Shown: piece by piece, positions 49,617-63,000 of the stretch
How the letters are laid out: every line of letters starts with the position of its first letter
Numbering within the stretch: position 1 is the stretch's first letter
Assembly: GCF_039654945.1 (NCBI RefSeq)
Contig: NW_027361844.1
Location: 19,282,001-19,346,000 of the forward strand
Length of the DNA: 64,000 nt
Source: Dendrobates tinctorius
Lineage: Eukaryota
Reading direction: 5' to 3'
The notes under the pieces: model-generated
Databases searched by the model: none
Seen by the model: only the letters and a program-made list of their open reading frames with translations
Told to the model about the DNA's origin: nothing
Program-made: the position numbers and the translations under genes

Positions 49617-50076
49617 AGGGTATATCCGGGACTTTTAAAAAAAAAACAAAAAATGTACCTAAGCACTAACAGACAGGTAATTGCAGCTTACTTGCCTGTT
49701 GTGCACAGCGCCGTTCTTCCCCGGCACAGAGCGGTCACAAACCGCTCCTGTCAAGGGATTCAGGTGCCTTTGCTGACACGACGGGGCGGGACTTCCGACA
49801 TCATTCTGGGGCTCCCCCAGTTAGGCAACAGGGATATGGCTGTCAATCAGAATGGCGTTGGAAGTCCTGCCCCGTTGACAGAGCGGAGCAGAAAAGATGT
49901 CTCCACTCTGTAGATATGACATCAGTAGTGGCTTCTGAATGCCCGACAGGAGCATCTGTGACCGCTCTGTGCCTGGGAAGAATGGCGCCAGCCACAACAG
50001 GCAGGTAAGTTGCAATTACCTCCTTGTTAGTGCTTAGGTACATTTTTTGCTTTTTTGTAAAGTCCCAATAACTCCT
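49617..50076. mobile_element. T2/Kolobok-like fold-back MITE
   Basis: TTAA|AGGG...CTCCT|TTAA. Arms are reverse-complementary (AAATGTACCTAAGCACTAAC.. on both strands). Confidence 0.75.
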
Positions 50077-51603
50077 TTAAATTGTGAAATAGACACCTCA
50101 GAATCTGGTTTTAGCAGTATCAGCTGATCACCTAAAGTAAAGATGTATGTGCTAAAGAGAATGTAGAGGAGATGTAGAGATATCCTTAGCTCCTTAGCTG
50201 CATATTCATGCAGAATGATTGCTTCTCACTGTCAGAAAGGTTTTCTTTATCTCTTTATACTTTGGGCACATGTTATATAGAGGTTTGTGAATAAACAGGA
50301 AGCGTATTTAACGGCTCATAAGCCTTGGTGCAAAAACTCCGCCTGGTGCCCTGCCTTCACTCCCTTTTTCCTTGCAAAACTGATTTTTGTGACCAGTAAC
50401 TAAGGTCTGTCTGGAATTATCAGATGCATTGCTGGTAGAGATTAACTTATCTTTTGAAATTCAAATTCACCAAATTTTCTAAAATAAAAATCTGTTTTGT
50501 GGTAAATAAATTCACAAGGATTTAAATGCTGGAAAGCTTATTGCTTAAAAGCTACATGTGGGGAGAGGAGAGAGAAGACCCCACTGACCAAAAAAGCTTA
50601 AACTTCACAGAAGAGAAAAACTTACCCAAAGACTTTGGAGATGGAAAACGACTGTGCCAAACTGTGCTCTGCTGGGAACCGCTGATCTGTGATGGTTCAG
50701 GTACTGACCACCAGTGGAAACCGGCGCAGAAATGAAAAATGAAGTTTGCCCACTCTCTGATGCTTAAGCAGTGTGGGAGATAGTGCCAGGCAAGGGTTTT
50801 TTTTTGAGAATTGCAAATCAAATCTTAAAATGTTCACATTTGCATGAAACTGTGAATTTCAGTAAACTTGAGTCCACGTATTAACTCGCTCTTCTCTAAT
50901 TGCTGGGCCTCTTATGTGACCCATCGATGCTGCACTGCCTGAGACTTAACAGATCAGGGCACAAGCTCCACGACATGTTTCCTCCAATCCACTTTTAAAC
51001 AATTATAGTCATATCAGAGACAGGAAACTTATAAAACAACTTCAAGCTTAGATACAGCGGCACAGCTCCATGTATGACTGTATAACTCTAAATAATAATC
51101 CGATACTAGTACAAAGTGAAAAGTTGCTCTTTAGCGTTCACCCAGAGTAAAAGTAAAAAAAAAGCACAAAGCTTTGTGCTCCACGCAGAGGAATAATGCT
51201 CTCTTTGTGCCCCACAGTAATAATGCCCTTCTTTATCCTTCTGCATAATAATAATGCTGACTTTGTGTCCTCTTTAGAGTAATAATTCCTCATTGTGCCT
51301 CCAAAGTAATAAACAGCCTCCACCCATCCCCTCACAAGAAAATGGCGCCTATGGTACCTACCTTTTACATTAAAAATAGCCCCTGCCAACTCCGCAGGAA
51401 GACCGTGGTGGGTCCTCAGCCATCCCCTTTAGGCTTATGCTGCATTTAAGATTATCCTGTGAGCATCACCCCTTTGGCAAAGACCATACAAATTAGCATA
51501 TTTGGATAAATGAAAAAAAAAACTTGCTTTGTAATAGTTGGAATTCTCAGTGGAGTAATGGGGATAAAATAAAGAGAAAAATGCTGTGCTTTTGACGTGG
51601 GAC

Positions 51604-51680
51604 TCATAGAATCATAGAATGTTAGAGTTGGAAGGGGCCTCCAGGGTCATCGTGTGCCACCCCCTGCTCAATGCAGGGCA
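51604..51680 (-). mobile_element. CR1 3' end fragment
   Basis: TCATAGAATCATAGAATGTTAGAGTTGGAAGGG is the reverse complement of the CR1 tail. Confidence 0.75.
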
Positions 51681-52810
51681 CCACCAAAACCTTTTATTAT
51701 CTAAATCTGTGAAAATATATATGTAGTACAGGAAGAGTAATATAATCACAGATCGGCATCGTCTTTGGTTTTCAGTAATGCGCCTCTCCTGTTCTGGGTC
51801 GCGGGACCCGGGATACGGCTCCAACTTGCCCGATTACTCTGTGCTTTATGTGTGAAATGAAAGTGACTTTTACAATGTAAGTGTATGGGCATCAGAACAA
51901 GGCTCCATATGCTTACATAGTAAAAGCGTCTTCCGGATCACACATAAACCCTACTGTGATCCAACAAGTGGGAATAGCCATTAGGTGACCCAGAAGAGGA
52001 CCAGAGCAGCACCGATCACCGGAGAAGACAGTGATTGGAGATCATAATACTGCACTTACACTACAGATACATTTACACAGGTTCGGCCAATAAACAGTTT
52101 GGTGGAGCGTTTCTTTAAATCTATCAGTGATGCACAGATCTCCTACAATTATCAAATATCCCATTTTATTAGATATGTACCGGCAGTCAGTCACGAGTTG
52201 AGATTTCTAATAACATGCAGTAGCTCCCAGGAGTTGTGAGATGCAGACTGATAATGCCTTATGATTCTTTAATGCAGATTGTGCCAGAGGACATTGTGTC
52301 TGCATAGCACCAAATTCCTTAATTAACAGAGCTGCCACTTACGCAGAGAATTACAGGCCGAGCCTGGAATGTTTAGTGTGCCAGAAAGTAAATACGATCA
52401 AGAGACGGAACAAACAAAGCCAATCGAGGGGCGGAGGGGATTTCTTCTACCTCCTAATGATTTCAGAGTGGATGTGTTTTGTACCTAATGCACATGAGAT
52501 ACCCAGATACAAAGTGTCAGACATTAGGGGCTTAGGATCTGAGAACTTCTACCAGCTCATGCAGAACAAGCGACTTTAGAAGGTCTAAAAAGATTGAAAG
52601 ATACAGTAATAGGGAGCTCCTTGTAGAAATGTACCTGTAACAGCAATTCATGTATGGAATTGTGTGCAACAATGGAAATGTTTGCGCCGCTATTTTGGAT
52701 ACTGCGTAAAGGTATATCTTAGTTATTCACAAGAATAATCCATGTCTGTGCGTCAGCCACAAGCTGTAGACCATAAGAAATAAGCCAGGCAGCCTGAGCT
52801 GTTCCTCTAA

Positions 52811-52993
52811 GACCATGTTCACACGTTCAGTATTTTACATCAGTATTTGTAAGCCAATACCAGGAGTGGAACAATCAGAGGAAAAGTATAATAGAAACAC
52901 GTCACCACTTCTGGATTTATCACCCACTCTTAATTTTAGCTTAGAAATACTGATGTAAAATACTGACCAAATACAGAATGTGTGAATGTGGCC
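52811..52993. mobile_element. Small Harbinger-like MITE
   Basis: TAA|GACCATGTTCACACGTTC ... GAATGTGTGAATGTGGCC|TAA. Confidence 0.65.
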
Positions 52994-53188
52994 TAACACC
53001 TATTCACTGCTATAATTCACTGTTATCCTATCCACTGTTTCCGTAGTCCTGTCTGCCCGTGGCTGCTGCACTGAGATAGATATTTGCATCTAAGCAGTGA
53101 ATGGGAATACCACTTCATCCACGGTTTTTGCCAAGAATTCCACTTCGAGCAATTTGGATGTAAGAAAGGAAAATAAAGAGAGACTTAA

Positions 53189-55487
53189 CCCCTTTACTCC
53201 CAAGGGTGGTTTGCATGTTAATTCCCGGGCCAATTTTTACAATTCTGACCACTGTCCCTTTATGAGGTAATAACTCTGGAATGCTTCCATGGATCCCGGT
53301 GATTCTGACATTGTTTTCTCATGACATATTGTACTTCATGCTAGTGGTAAAATTTAATTCATATAACTTGTGTTTGTTTGTGAAAAAAATGGAAATTTGG
53401 CGAAAATTTTGAAAATTTTGCAATTTTCCAACTTTGAATTTTTATGCTCTTAAATCACAGAGATACGGCACACATAAAAAATAATAAGTAACATTTCCCA
53501 CATGTTTACTTTACATCAGCACAATTTGGGAACCAAAATTTTTTTTTGTTAGGAAGTTATAAGGGTTAAAAGTTGACCAGCGATTTCTCATTTTTACAAC
53601 ACCATTTTATTTTTACGGACCACGTCACATTTGAAGTCACTTTGAGGGGTCTATATGATAGAAAATACCCAAAAGTGACACCATTCTAAAAACTGAACCC
53701 CTCAAGGTGCTCAAAACCACATTCAATAAGTTTATTAACCCTTCAGGTGCTTCACAGGAATTTTTTGAATGTTTAAAAAAAATGAACATTTAACTTTTTT
53801 TCACAAAAAAAATTATTTCAGGTTCATTTTTTTTATTTTACCAAGGGTAACAGGAGAAATTGGACTGCAAAAGTTATTGTGCAATTTGTCCTGAGTACGC
53901 GGATACCCCATATATGGGTGTAAACCACTATTTGGGCACATGGCAGAGCTCGGAAGGGAAGGAACGCCATTTAACTTTTTTGGCTGGAATTGAGATCGGA
54001 TGTCATGTCGCGTTCTGAAAGCCCCTGATGTGCCAAAACAGTGGAAACCCCCCAATTCTAACTCCAACCCTAGCCCTAATGGGACAATGGAAATAAATAA
54101 TTTTTTTTTATTTTATTATTTTTCCCTAACTAAGGGGGTGATAACGGGGGGTTTGATTTACTATTTATGGCGGTTTTTATTTTTGGCAGCTGTCACACGC
54201 TAAAAGATGCTTTTTATTGTAAAAATAGTTTTGCATCACCACAAATTGAGAGCTATAATTTTTCCATATTTTGACCCACCGAGTTATGTGAGGTCTTATT
54301 TTTTGTGGGACGAGTTGACATTTTTATTGGTACCATTTTCGGGCACGTGACATTTTGATCGCTTTTTATTCCGATTTTTGGGACGCAGAATGAACAAAAA
54401 CCAGCGTTTCATGAATTTCTTTTGGGGGGTGCGTTTACACCGTTCCGCGTGTTGTAAAATTGATAAAGTGGTTTATTCTTCGGGTCAGTACAGTTACAGC
54501 GATACCTCATTTATGTCTTTTTTTATGTTTTGGCGCTTTTATGCAATGAAAACAATTTTATATAAAAAATTATTATTTTTGCATCGCTTTATTCTGCGAG
54601 CTATAACTTTTTTATTTTTTTGCTGATGATGCTGTGTGGTGGCTCATTTTTTGCGGGACAAGATGACATTTTCAGCGGTACCATGGATATTTATATGCGT
54701 TTTTTTGATCGCACGTTATTGCACTTTTTGTTCGGCGGTATAATAATAAATCATTATTTTTTGCTTAGTTTTTTTAATTTTTATATTTTAAGGGGTTCAC
54801 TAAAGGGGTTAACTAAGGGGACAGTTTTATAGGGTGGGTCATTTCGGACGCGGCAATACCAAATATGTGTACTTTTATTGTTTTTTTTTATTTTCAAAAA
54901 ATGAATTTATTAGGGAATATTTTTTCTATTTTTTTTAATTTATTTAGCAATTTTTTTAAAATTATTTTTACACTTTTTTTTACTTTATTATAATGTCCCA
55001 GGGGGGACATCACTGTCATATGACAGATCAGCATCTGTCACAGGCAGTGCTGCAGGCTTCCTCATGCCTGCGCTCTGCGGGCAGTGAGGAAGCAGCCTCC
55101 CTGCAGGCCCCCGAAGGTCCCCGTCGCCATATTGGATCCGGGGACCTGCAGGGAGGGAGGCCCCCGCAGCAGCGCTGCACATTGCGCTGCTGTGGGGGTC
55201 TCAGGGAAGCACGGAGGGAGCCCCCTCCCTGCCGATGCTTCCTTTAACCCCTAGTACACTGTGATCATGTTTGATCGGTCTGCCAGGGGTTGACGTGTCG
55301 GGGCGGTCCGTGACCGCCCCTGACACATAGTGCCGGGTGTCAGCTGTGATAATCAGCTGACACCCGGCTGCGATCAGCTGCGCTCCCCCCGTGAGCGCAG
55401 CTGATCACACTAGACATGCTATTCCTTCCTTGGGACTTAGGTTCCAGGTCACATGGACGGAATAGTATGTCTAATGTAGGAAAGGGG
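53189..55487 (+). mobile_element. Non-autonomous piggyBac-like element
   Basis: TTAA|CCCCTTT...AAAGGGG|TTAA. Homologous to 60071-64000 and, inverted, to 5864-8731. Confidence 0.85.
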
Positions 55488-55554
55488 TTAAGCTCCGATT
55501 CATCAAAACTTTAACGCCAGCTTTGAAAAGCACTTTGCCACTTCACACCTCATT

Positions 55555-56290
55555 TGATTCACTCCACCACCCCACCCCCACATCAAAAGCAGATTGAAAA
55601 CACCTCTTCATCCAGTCCATACTTAATGCAGCAGCCAGGGTCATCCATCTGGCTAATCGGTATTCGGACACGTCCGCTCTTCGCCAATCGTTACATTGGC
55701 TGCCCATTCATTGTAGGATCCTTTTCAAAGTACTTGTTCTCACCCACAAAGCTCTCCACAGTGCGGCACCCCCCTACATCTCCTCCCTCATTTCTGTCTA
55801 TCGGCCTACCCGACCGCTGCGCTCTGCAAACGACTTTCGACTTACCTCTGCACTAATCCGTACCGCCCGACTCCAAGACTTCTCCCGCGCTGCGCCAAAC
55901 CTCTGTAATGCTCTACCCCAAGAAATTAGGACTGTCCACAATTTGCATAGTTTCAGGCACTCCCTCAAAACACATTTGTTCAGAGCGGCCCATCATGTTC
56001 ACTAATCAAAGTCATTTTATGTGAAAGTGTGTGTGTGCAGCCCATTCACTATCCCAGCTATCCCTCACTCCCTCAAGATGGCTGGACCATCATTGTAAAT
56101 ACACACCTATACTTTGTATCTCTCCCACCTCATTGTAGATTGTAAGCTCTCACGAGCAGGGTTGTCTAATTTTGCTTTATTTATTGTATTGTTAACGTTG
56201 TTACTTATGACTTGTGTTTTGAAACTGTTAAACTGTAAAGCGCTGCAGAATATATTGGCGCCATATAAATAAAGATTATAATTATTATTA
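55555..56290 (+). mobile_element. L2-like LINE 3' fragment
   Basis: Tail TGTAAAGCGCTGCAGAATATATTGGCGCCATATAAATAAAGATTAT(TAT)n. Confidence 0.75.
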
Positions 56291-57377
56291 ATGCATGGGG
56301 GGCATAGTGCCTGCTTTGGAAATCTGACTCTCTGAAAAGCCAAAAAGTTGAGGGGATCTAACATATATGTCCTATTTTCAGTTGTTTTTTTTTTAAGCAA
56401 TTTGTTATATTCTGGGATGATTTAGTGACTCCTGCATTGATCAGGGGGTCTGACATGATAACCCTGGATGTCCCTTCCAACACACAAAACCAACAGAAAA
56501 GCAGGGTCTTGTATCCCTCATCATTACAAGCTAAAACTATTTTGCTCTTCATACCTTTCTAATTGTCCAGGATTTTTTTTTAATTATCATGCTCTGTAAA
56601 TTGCAATTTGTTCTTTTTGAGTGGCAGTTTCTCTTTGTTTGCATTTCGGCAGCACTATATGTACTGGAACGTCCGATCATGCATTGCTATTGTTATTATT
56701 CAGTAATTTGCCTGATCCAAATTATAAGTCCTCCTCTCAGTTATTCTTGTATTAAGTTTCACAGATGGAATAGCAGAGGAAGAGGGACTCAGACCCACCC
56801 CGCTTCATGTAATCCATCTCAGGGTCTCTGCTGCTTGAGATGGATTATATAAAGCGGGCAGTAGATACTGTACTATGTTAGGCAGATGTGAGTGGTTGGA
56901 ACTTGGGAGTGATATTGGGGGTAAGACATCATTTATTTTTATTTTTTTAAAGGTACTTGTAGACTAGCTATTAAGCAAATTATCATATGAGATCATGTTT
57001 AATCATAAGGTCGCCATAGAACAGTATATACTATACTTATAGCAATCTAATCTTTTTTTTTCCTAAAATTCAGTTGTGAACTGTAACCAATCAAATTAGT
57101 CACACATCGGCTCAGCAATCACAAACATAACTTTCAATGATTAGATTTACTATTAGACCAGCGTCACATATACCGTATAAAAAATCAGTCCGTTTTTCAC
57201 GGACGAGAATCACAGAAATGTTCCTTGAACAGTGATCCGTATGTCATCCGTGTGCAATGCGAGGATGCGATTTTCTCTCATATAAGCATCAGTATGGCGA
57301 GATTTTCTCACCGGCTTGCAAAATGGACATATAATGGATCCATGGCCTCAAATATTTGTGAAAACATATACAGTGTG

Positions 57378-57419
<42 letters not shown>

Positions 57420-57421
<2 letters not shown>

Positions 57422-58416
57422 GTACAAACCAAAAGTTTGGACACACCTCATTCAAAGAGTTTTCTTTATTTTCATGACTATGAAAATTGTAGATTCACCC
57501 TGAAGGCATCAAAACTATGAATTTACACATGTGGAATTATATAATTAACAAAAAAGTGTGAAACAACTGAAAATACTGTATGTTTTATATTCTAGGTTCT
57601 TCAAAGTAGCCACCTTTTGCTTTGATTACTGCTTTGCACACTCTTGGCACTCTCTTGATGAGCTTCAAGAGGTAGTCACCGGAAATGGTTTTCACTTCAC
57701 AGGTGTGCCCTGTCAGGTTTAATAAGTGGGATTTCTTTCCTTATAAATGGGGTTGGGACCATCAGTTGTGTTGTGCAGAAGTCTGGTGGATACACAGCTG
57801 ATAGTCCTACTGAATAGACTGTTAGAATTTGTATTATGGCAAGAAAAAAGCAGCTAAGTAAAGAAAAACGAGTGGCCATCATTACTTACATCATTGCTTA
57901 GCCTGGCCTGCTATCCTCCTCGGTGACCCATTCATAACAACCATCATTTATTTTTCAACAATGACCCCAAACACACCTCCAGGCTGTGTAAGGGCTATTT
58001 GTCCAAGAAGGAGAGTGATGGGGTGCTACGCCAGATGACCTGGCCTCCACAGTCACCAGACCTGAACCCAATCGAGATGGTTTGGGGTGAGCTGGGCTGC
58101 AGAGTGAAGACAAAAGGGTCAACAAGTGCTAAGCAACTCTGGGAACTCCTTCAAGACTGTTGGAAGACCATTTCCGGTGACTACCTCTTGAAGCTCATCA
58201 AGAGAAGGCCAAGAGTGTGCAAAGCAGTGATCAAAGCAAAAGGTGGCTACTTTGAAGAACCTAGGATATAAGACACACAGTATTTTCAGTTGTTTCACAC
58301 TTTTTTGCTAATTATATAATTCCACATGTGTTAATTCATAGTTTTGATGCCTTCAGAGTGAATCTACAATTTTCATAGTCATGAAAATAAAGAAAACTCT
58401 TTGAATGAGAAGGTGT
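57420..58416 (+). mobile_element. Internally deleted Tc1-family element, probably DD38E (Intruder-like)
   Basis: Long inverted repeats. MARKKQLSKEKR N-terminus joined to NDPKHTSRLCKGYLSKKESDGVLRQMTWPPQSPDLNPIE (38 residues between the expected D and E; the D codon itself is deleted). Confidence 0.75.
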
Positions 58417-58424
58417 GAGACATA

Positions 58425-58463
<39 letters not shown>

Positions 58464-58590
58464 CCAACAATGTAGACCAGCTCACTCCTGTGAACCACCT
58501 GGAACCTCAGCTGACCTGGTTAACTCCGTTGTGCCCGGATCTGGATGTAGGAGTCCATCCATACAAATGTTGTTTATATATATATATATA

Positions 58591-59808
58591 CACTCACTGG
58601 CCACTTTATTAGGTACACCATGCTAGTAAGGGGTTGGACCCCCTTTTGCCTTCAGAACTGCCTCAATTCTTCATGGCAGAGATTCAACAAGGTGCTGGAA
58701 GCATTCCTCAGAGATTTTGGACCATATTGACATGATGGCATCACACAGTTGGCGCAGATTTGTCGGCTGCACATCCCTGATGCGAATCTCCCGTTCCACC
58801 ACATCCCAAAGATGCTCTATTGGATTGAGATCTGGTGACTGAGGAGGCCATTTGAGTACAGTAAACTCATTGTCATGTTCAAGAAACCAATCTGAGATGA
58901 TTCGAGCTTTATGACATGGCGCATTATCCTGCTGAAAGTAGCCATCAGATGTTGGGTACATTGTGGTCATAAAGGGATGGACATGGTCAGCAACAATACT
59001 CAGGTAGGCTGTGGCGTTGCAACGATGCTCAATTGGTACCAAGGGGCCCAAAGAGTGCCCAGAAAAAATTCCCCACACCATGACACCACCACCACCAGCC
59101 TGAACCGTTGATACAAGGCAGGATGGATCCATGCTTTCATGTTGTTTACGCCAAATTCTGACCCTACCATCCGAATGTCGCAGCAGAAATCGAGACTCAT
59201 CAGACCAGGCAACGTTTTTCCAATCTTCTAATGTCCAATTTCGATGAGCTTGTGCAAATTGTAGCCTCAGTTTCCTGTTCTTAGCTGAGAGGAGTGGTAC
59301 CCAGTGTGGTCTTCTGCTGCTGTAGCCCAACTGCCTCAAAGTTCGACGCACTGTGCGTTCAGAGATGCTCTTCTGCCTACCTTGGTTGTAACGGGTGGCA
59401 ATTTGAGTCACTGTTGCCTTTCTATCAGCTCGAACCAGTCTGCCCATTCTCCTCTGACCTCTGGCATCAACATGGCATTTCCGGCCACAGAACTGCCGCT
59501 CACTGGATTTTTTTTCTTTTTCGGACCATTCTCTGTAAACCCTAGAGATGGTTGTGCGTGAAAATCCCAGTAGATCAGCAGTTTCTGAAATTCTCAGACC
59601 AGCCCTTCTGGCACCAACAATCATGCCACGTTCAAAGGCACTCAAATCACCTTTCTTCCCCATACTGATGCTCGGTTTGAACTGCAGGAGATTGTCTTGA
59701 CCATGTCTACATGCCTAAATGCACTGAGTTGCCGCCATGTGATTGGCTGATTAGAAATTAAGTCTTAACACACAGTTGGACAGGTGTACCTAATAAAGTG
59801 GCCAGTGA

Positions 59809-59811
<3 letters not shown>
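58591..59811 (-). mobile_element. DD36E (Incomer-like) Tc1/mariner transposon, 1221 bp, inserted in a (TA)n tract
   Basis: Perfect 29-bp TIR CACTCACTGGCCACTTTATTAGGTACACC; TA flanks. Confidence 0.93.
58671..59663 (-). CDS. DD36E transposase, 330 aa (premature TGA; read-through to TAG at 58623-58625 gives 346 aa)
   Basis: WSDESRF; QQD-36 aa-E (WPPQSPDLNPIEHLW). After the stop the frame continues RIEAVLKAKGGPTPY*. Confidence 0.9.
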   Translation of the reverse strand: MGKKGDLSAFERGMIVGARRAGLRISETADLLGFSRTTISRVYREWSEKEKKSSERQFCGRKCHVDARGQRRMGRLVRADRKATVTQIATRYNQGRQKSISERTVRRTLRQLGYSSRRPHWVPLLSAKNRKLRLQFAQAHRNWTLEDWKNVAWSDESRFLLRHSDGRVRIWRKQHESMDPSCLVSTVQAGGGGVMVWGIFSGHSLGPLVPIEHRCNATAYLSIVADHVHPFMTTMYPTSDGYFQQDNAPCHKARIISDWFLEHDNEFTVLKWPPQSPDLNPIEHLWDVVEREIRIRDVQPTNLRQLCDAIMSIWSKISEECFQHLVESLP

Positions 59812-59887
<76 letters not shown>

Positions 59888-60070
59888 CATACAGAGCTAG
59901 ATAGCAGAATAACCGATAATTCAATTGTCGACTTCTGTAAAATCCTTACAGAACCCGACAGGATATGAGACGATTTACATACAGTAAACCACTGCATATC
60001 CATTAGATTTATATATGTCCCTCGCTAATAATGTTAAATTAATAGTGTTAAATTAATAGTGTTAAATTAA

Positions 60071-63000
60071 TCCCTTTACCCCCAAGGATGGTTTGCACGT
60101 TCATCACCGGGCCAATTTTTACAATTCTGATCACTGTCAATTTATGAGGTAATAACTATGAAAGGCTTCCATGGATCCCAGTCATTCTGACATTGTTTTC
60201 TTGTGACATATTGTACTTCATGTTAGTGGTAAAATTGCATTGATATAACTTGCGTTTATTTGTGAAAAAAAAACGGAAATTTGGCAAAAATTTAGAAAAT
60301 TTTGCAATTTTCCAAATTTGAATTTTTATGCCCTTAAATCACAGAGCTATGGCACACAAAAAAACCTTAATAAGTAACATTTCCCACATGTTTACTTTAC
60401 ATCAGCACAATTTTGGAACCAAAATTTTTTTTTGTTAGGAAGTTATAAGGGTTAAAAGTTGACCAGCGATTTCAAATTTTTGCAACACCATTTTATTTTT
60501 ACGGACCACATCACATTTGAAGTCACTATGAGGGGTCTATATGATAGAAAATACCCAAAAGTGACACCATTCTAAAAACTGCACCCCTCAAGGTGCTCAA
60601 AACCAGATTTAAGAAGTTTATTAACCCTTCAGGTGCTTCACAGGAATTTTTTGAATGTTTAAAAAAAAAATGAACATTTAACTTTTTTTCACAAAAAAAT
60701 TACTTCAGTCCAATTTTTTTTATTTTACCAAGGGTAAGAGGAGAAATTGGACTGCAAAAGTTATTGTGCAATTTGTCCTGAGTATGCTAATACCTGATAT
60801 GTGGGGGGGAACCACTGTTTCAGCGCATGGCAGAGCTCAGAAGGGAAGGAGCGCTGTTTGACTTTTTCAATGCAAAATTGGTTGGAATTCTGATCGGACG
60901 CCATGTCACGTTTGGAGAGCCCCTGATGTGCCTAAACAGTGGAAACCCCCCACAAGTGACCTCATTTTGGAAACTAGACCCACCAAGGAACTTATCTGGA
61001 TATGTGGTGAGATCTTTGAACCCCCAAGGGCTGCACAGTAGTTTATAACATAAAGCCGTACAATTAAAAAAATCAGATTTTTTCCACAAAAATGATCTTT
61101 TCACCCCCAATTTTTATTTTCCCAAGGGTAACAGGACCCAAAAAGTTATTGTGCAATTTGTCCTGAGTATGCCGATACCCCATATGTGGGGGTAAATGAC
61201 TATTTGGGCGTATGGCAGAGCTGGGAAGGAAAGCAGCGCCATTTGACTTTTATGGCTGGAATTGAGATTGGACACCATGTCGCCTTTGGAAAGCCCCTGA
61301 TGCGCCAAAACAGTGGAAACCCCCACAAATGACACCATTTTGGAAACTAGACCCCCCAAGGAACTTATCTAGATGTGTGGTGAGAATTTTGAATCTCCCA
61401 GGGCTTCACAGAAGTTTATAACGTACAGCGTAAAATTAAAACAATCACATTTTTTTCCACAAAAATGATCCTTTCACCCCCAATTTTTATTTTGCCAAGA
61501 GTAACAGGACCACAAAAGCTATTGTGCAATTTGTCCTGAGTACGCTGATACCCAACATGTGGGGGTAAACCACAATTTGGGCGCATGGCAGAGCTTGGAA
61601 GGGAAGTAGCGCCATTTGACTTTTTTGACTGGAATTGGGATCGGATGCCATGCCGCCTTTGGAAAGCCCCTGATGTGCCTAAACAGTGGAAACCCCCCAC
61701 AAATTACACCATTTTGGAAACTAGACCCCCCAAGGAACTTATATAGATGTGTGGTGAGCACTGGGAACCCCCAAGGGCTTCACAGAAGTTTATAACACCC
61801 GGGCGTGAAAATAAAAAAATCATATTTTTTCCATAAACATGATCTTTTAGTCCCCAATTCTTTTATTTTGCCAAGGGTAACAGGAGAAATTGGACCCCAA
61901 AAGTTGTTGTCCAATTTGTCCTGAGTACGCTGACACCCCATATGTGGGAGAAAACTACTATATGGGCACACGTCGGGGCTCGGAAGGGAAGTAGTGACAT
62001 TGTGGAAGGCAGACTTTGATGGAATGGTCTGCGGGTGTCATGTTTCCTTTGGAGAGCCCCTGATGTACCTAACTGCGGAAACCCCCCACAAGTGACCCCA
62101 TTTTGGAAACTAGACCCCCCAAGGAACTTATCTAGATGCCTGGTGAGCACTTTGAACCCCCCAGTGCATCGCAGAAGTTTATAACGCCCGGGCGTGAAAA
62201 GAACAAAATCATATTTTTTCCACAAACATGATCTTTTAGTCCCCAATTTTTTTTTATTTTGCCAAGGGTAACAGGAGAAATTGGACCCCAAAAGTTGTTG
62301 TCCAATTTGTCCTGAGTACGCTGACACCCCATATGTGGGAGAAAACTATTGTATGGGCACACATCGGGGCTTGGAAGGGAAGTAGTGACATTTTGGAATG
62401 CAGATTTTGATGGAATGGTCTGCTGGTGTCATGTCACGTTTGGAGAGCCTCTGATGTGCCTAAACTGTTGGACCCCCCAACAAATGACCGCATTTTGGAA
62501 ACTAGACCCCCCCAAGGAACTTATCTAGATGTGTGGTGAGCATTTTGAACCCCCAAGTGCTTCACAGAAGTTTATAACGCCCGGGCGTGAAAATAAAAAA
62601 ATCATATTTTTTTTCATAAAAATGATATTTTTGCTCCCAATTTTTTATTTTCCTAAGGGTAACAGGAGAAATTGGACCCCAAAAATTGTTTTGCAATTTG
62701 TCCTGAGTAGGCTGATACCCCATATGTGGGGGTAAAACACTGGGCACATGGCAGAGCTTGGAAGGGAAGGTGCACTGTTTGACTTTTTCAACGCAGAATT
62801 GGCTGGAATTGAGATCAGACGCCATGTTGCGTTTGGAGAGCACCTGATGTGCCCAAACAGTGGAAACCCCCACCAATTCTAACTCCAACCCTAACCCCAA
62901 CACACCTCTAACCCTAATCTCAGCCCTAGTCCTAACCCTAACCCTAACCCTAATGGGAAAATGGAAATAAATACATTTTTTTTTTATTTTATTATTTTTC

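Noticed and set aside
52200-52460. Non-repetitive TAAT/ACAAAG-rich segments (also ~18250-18420 and ~56570-56850) resembling conserved enhancers
   Set aside because: Cannot be supported without a cross-species alignment.
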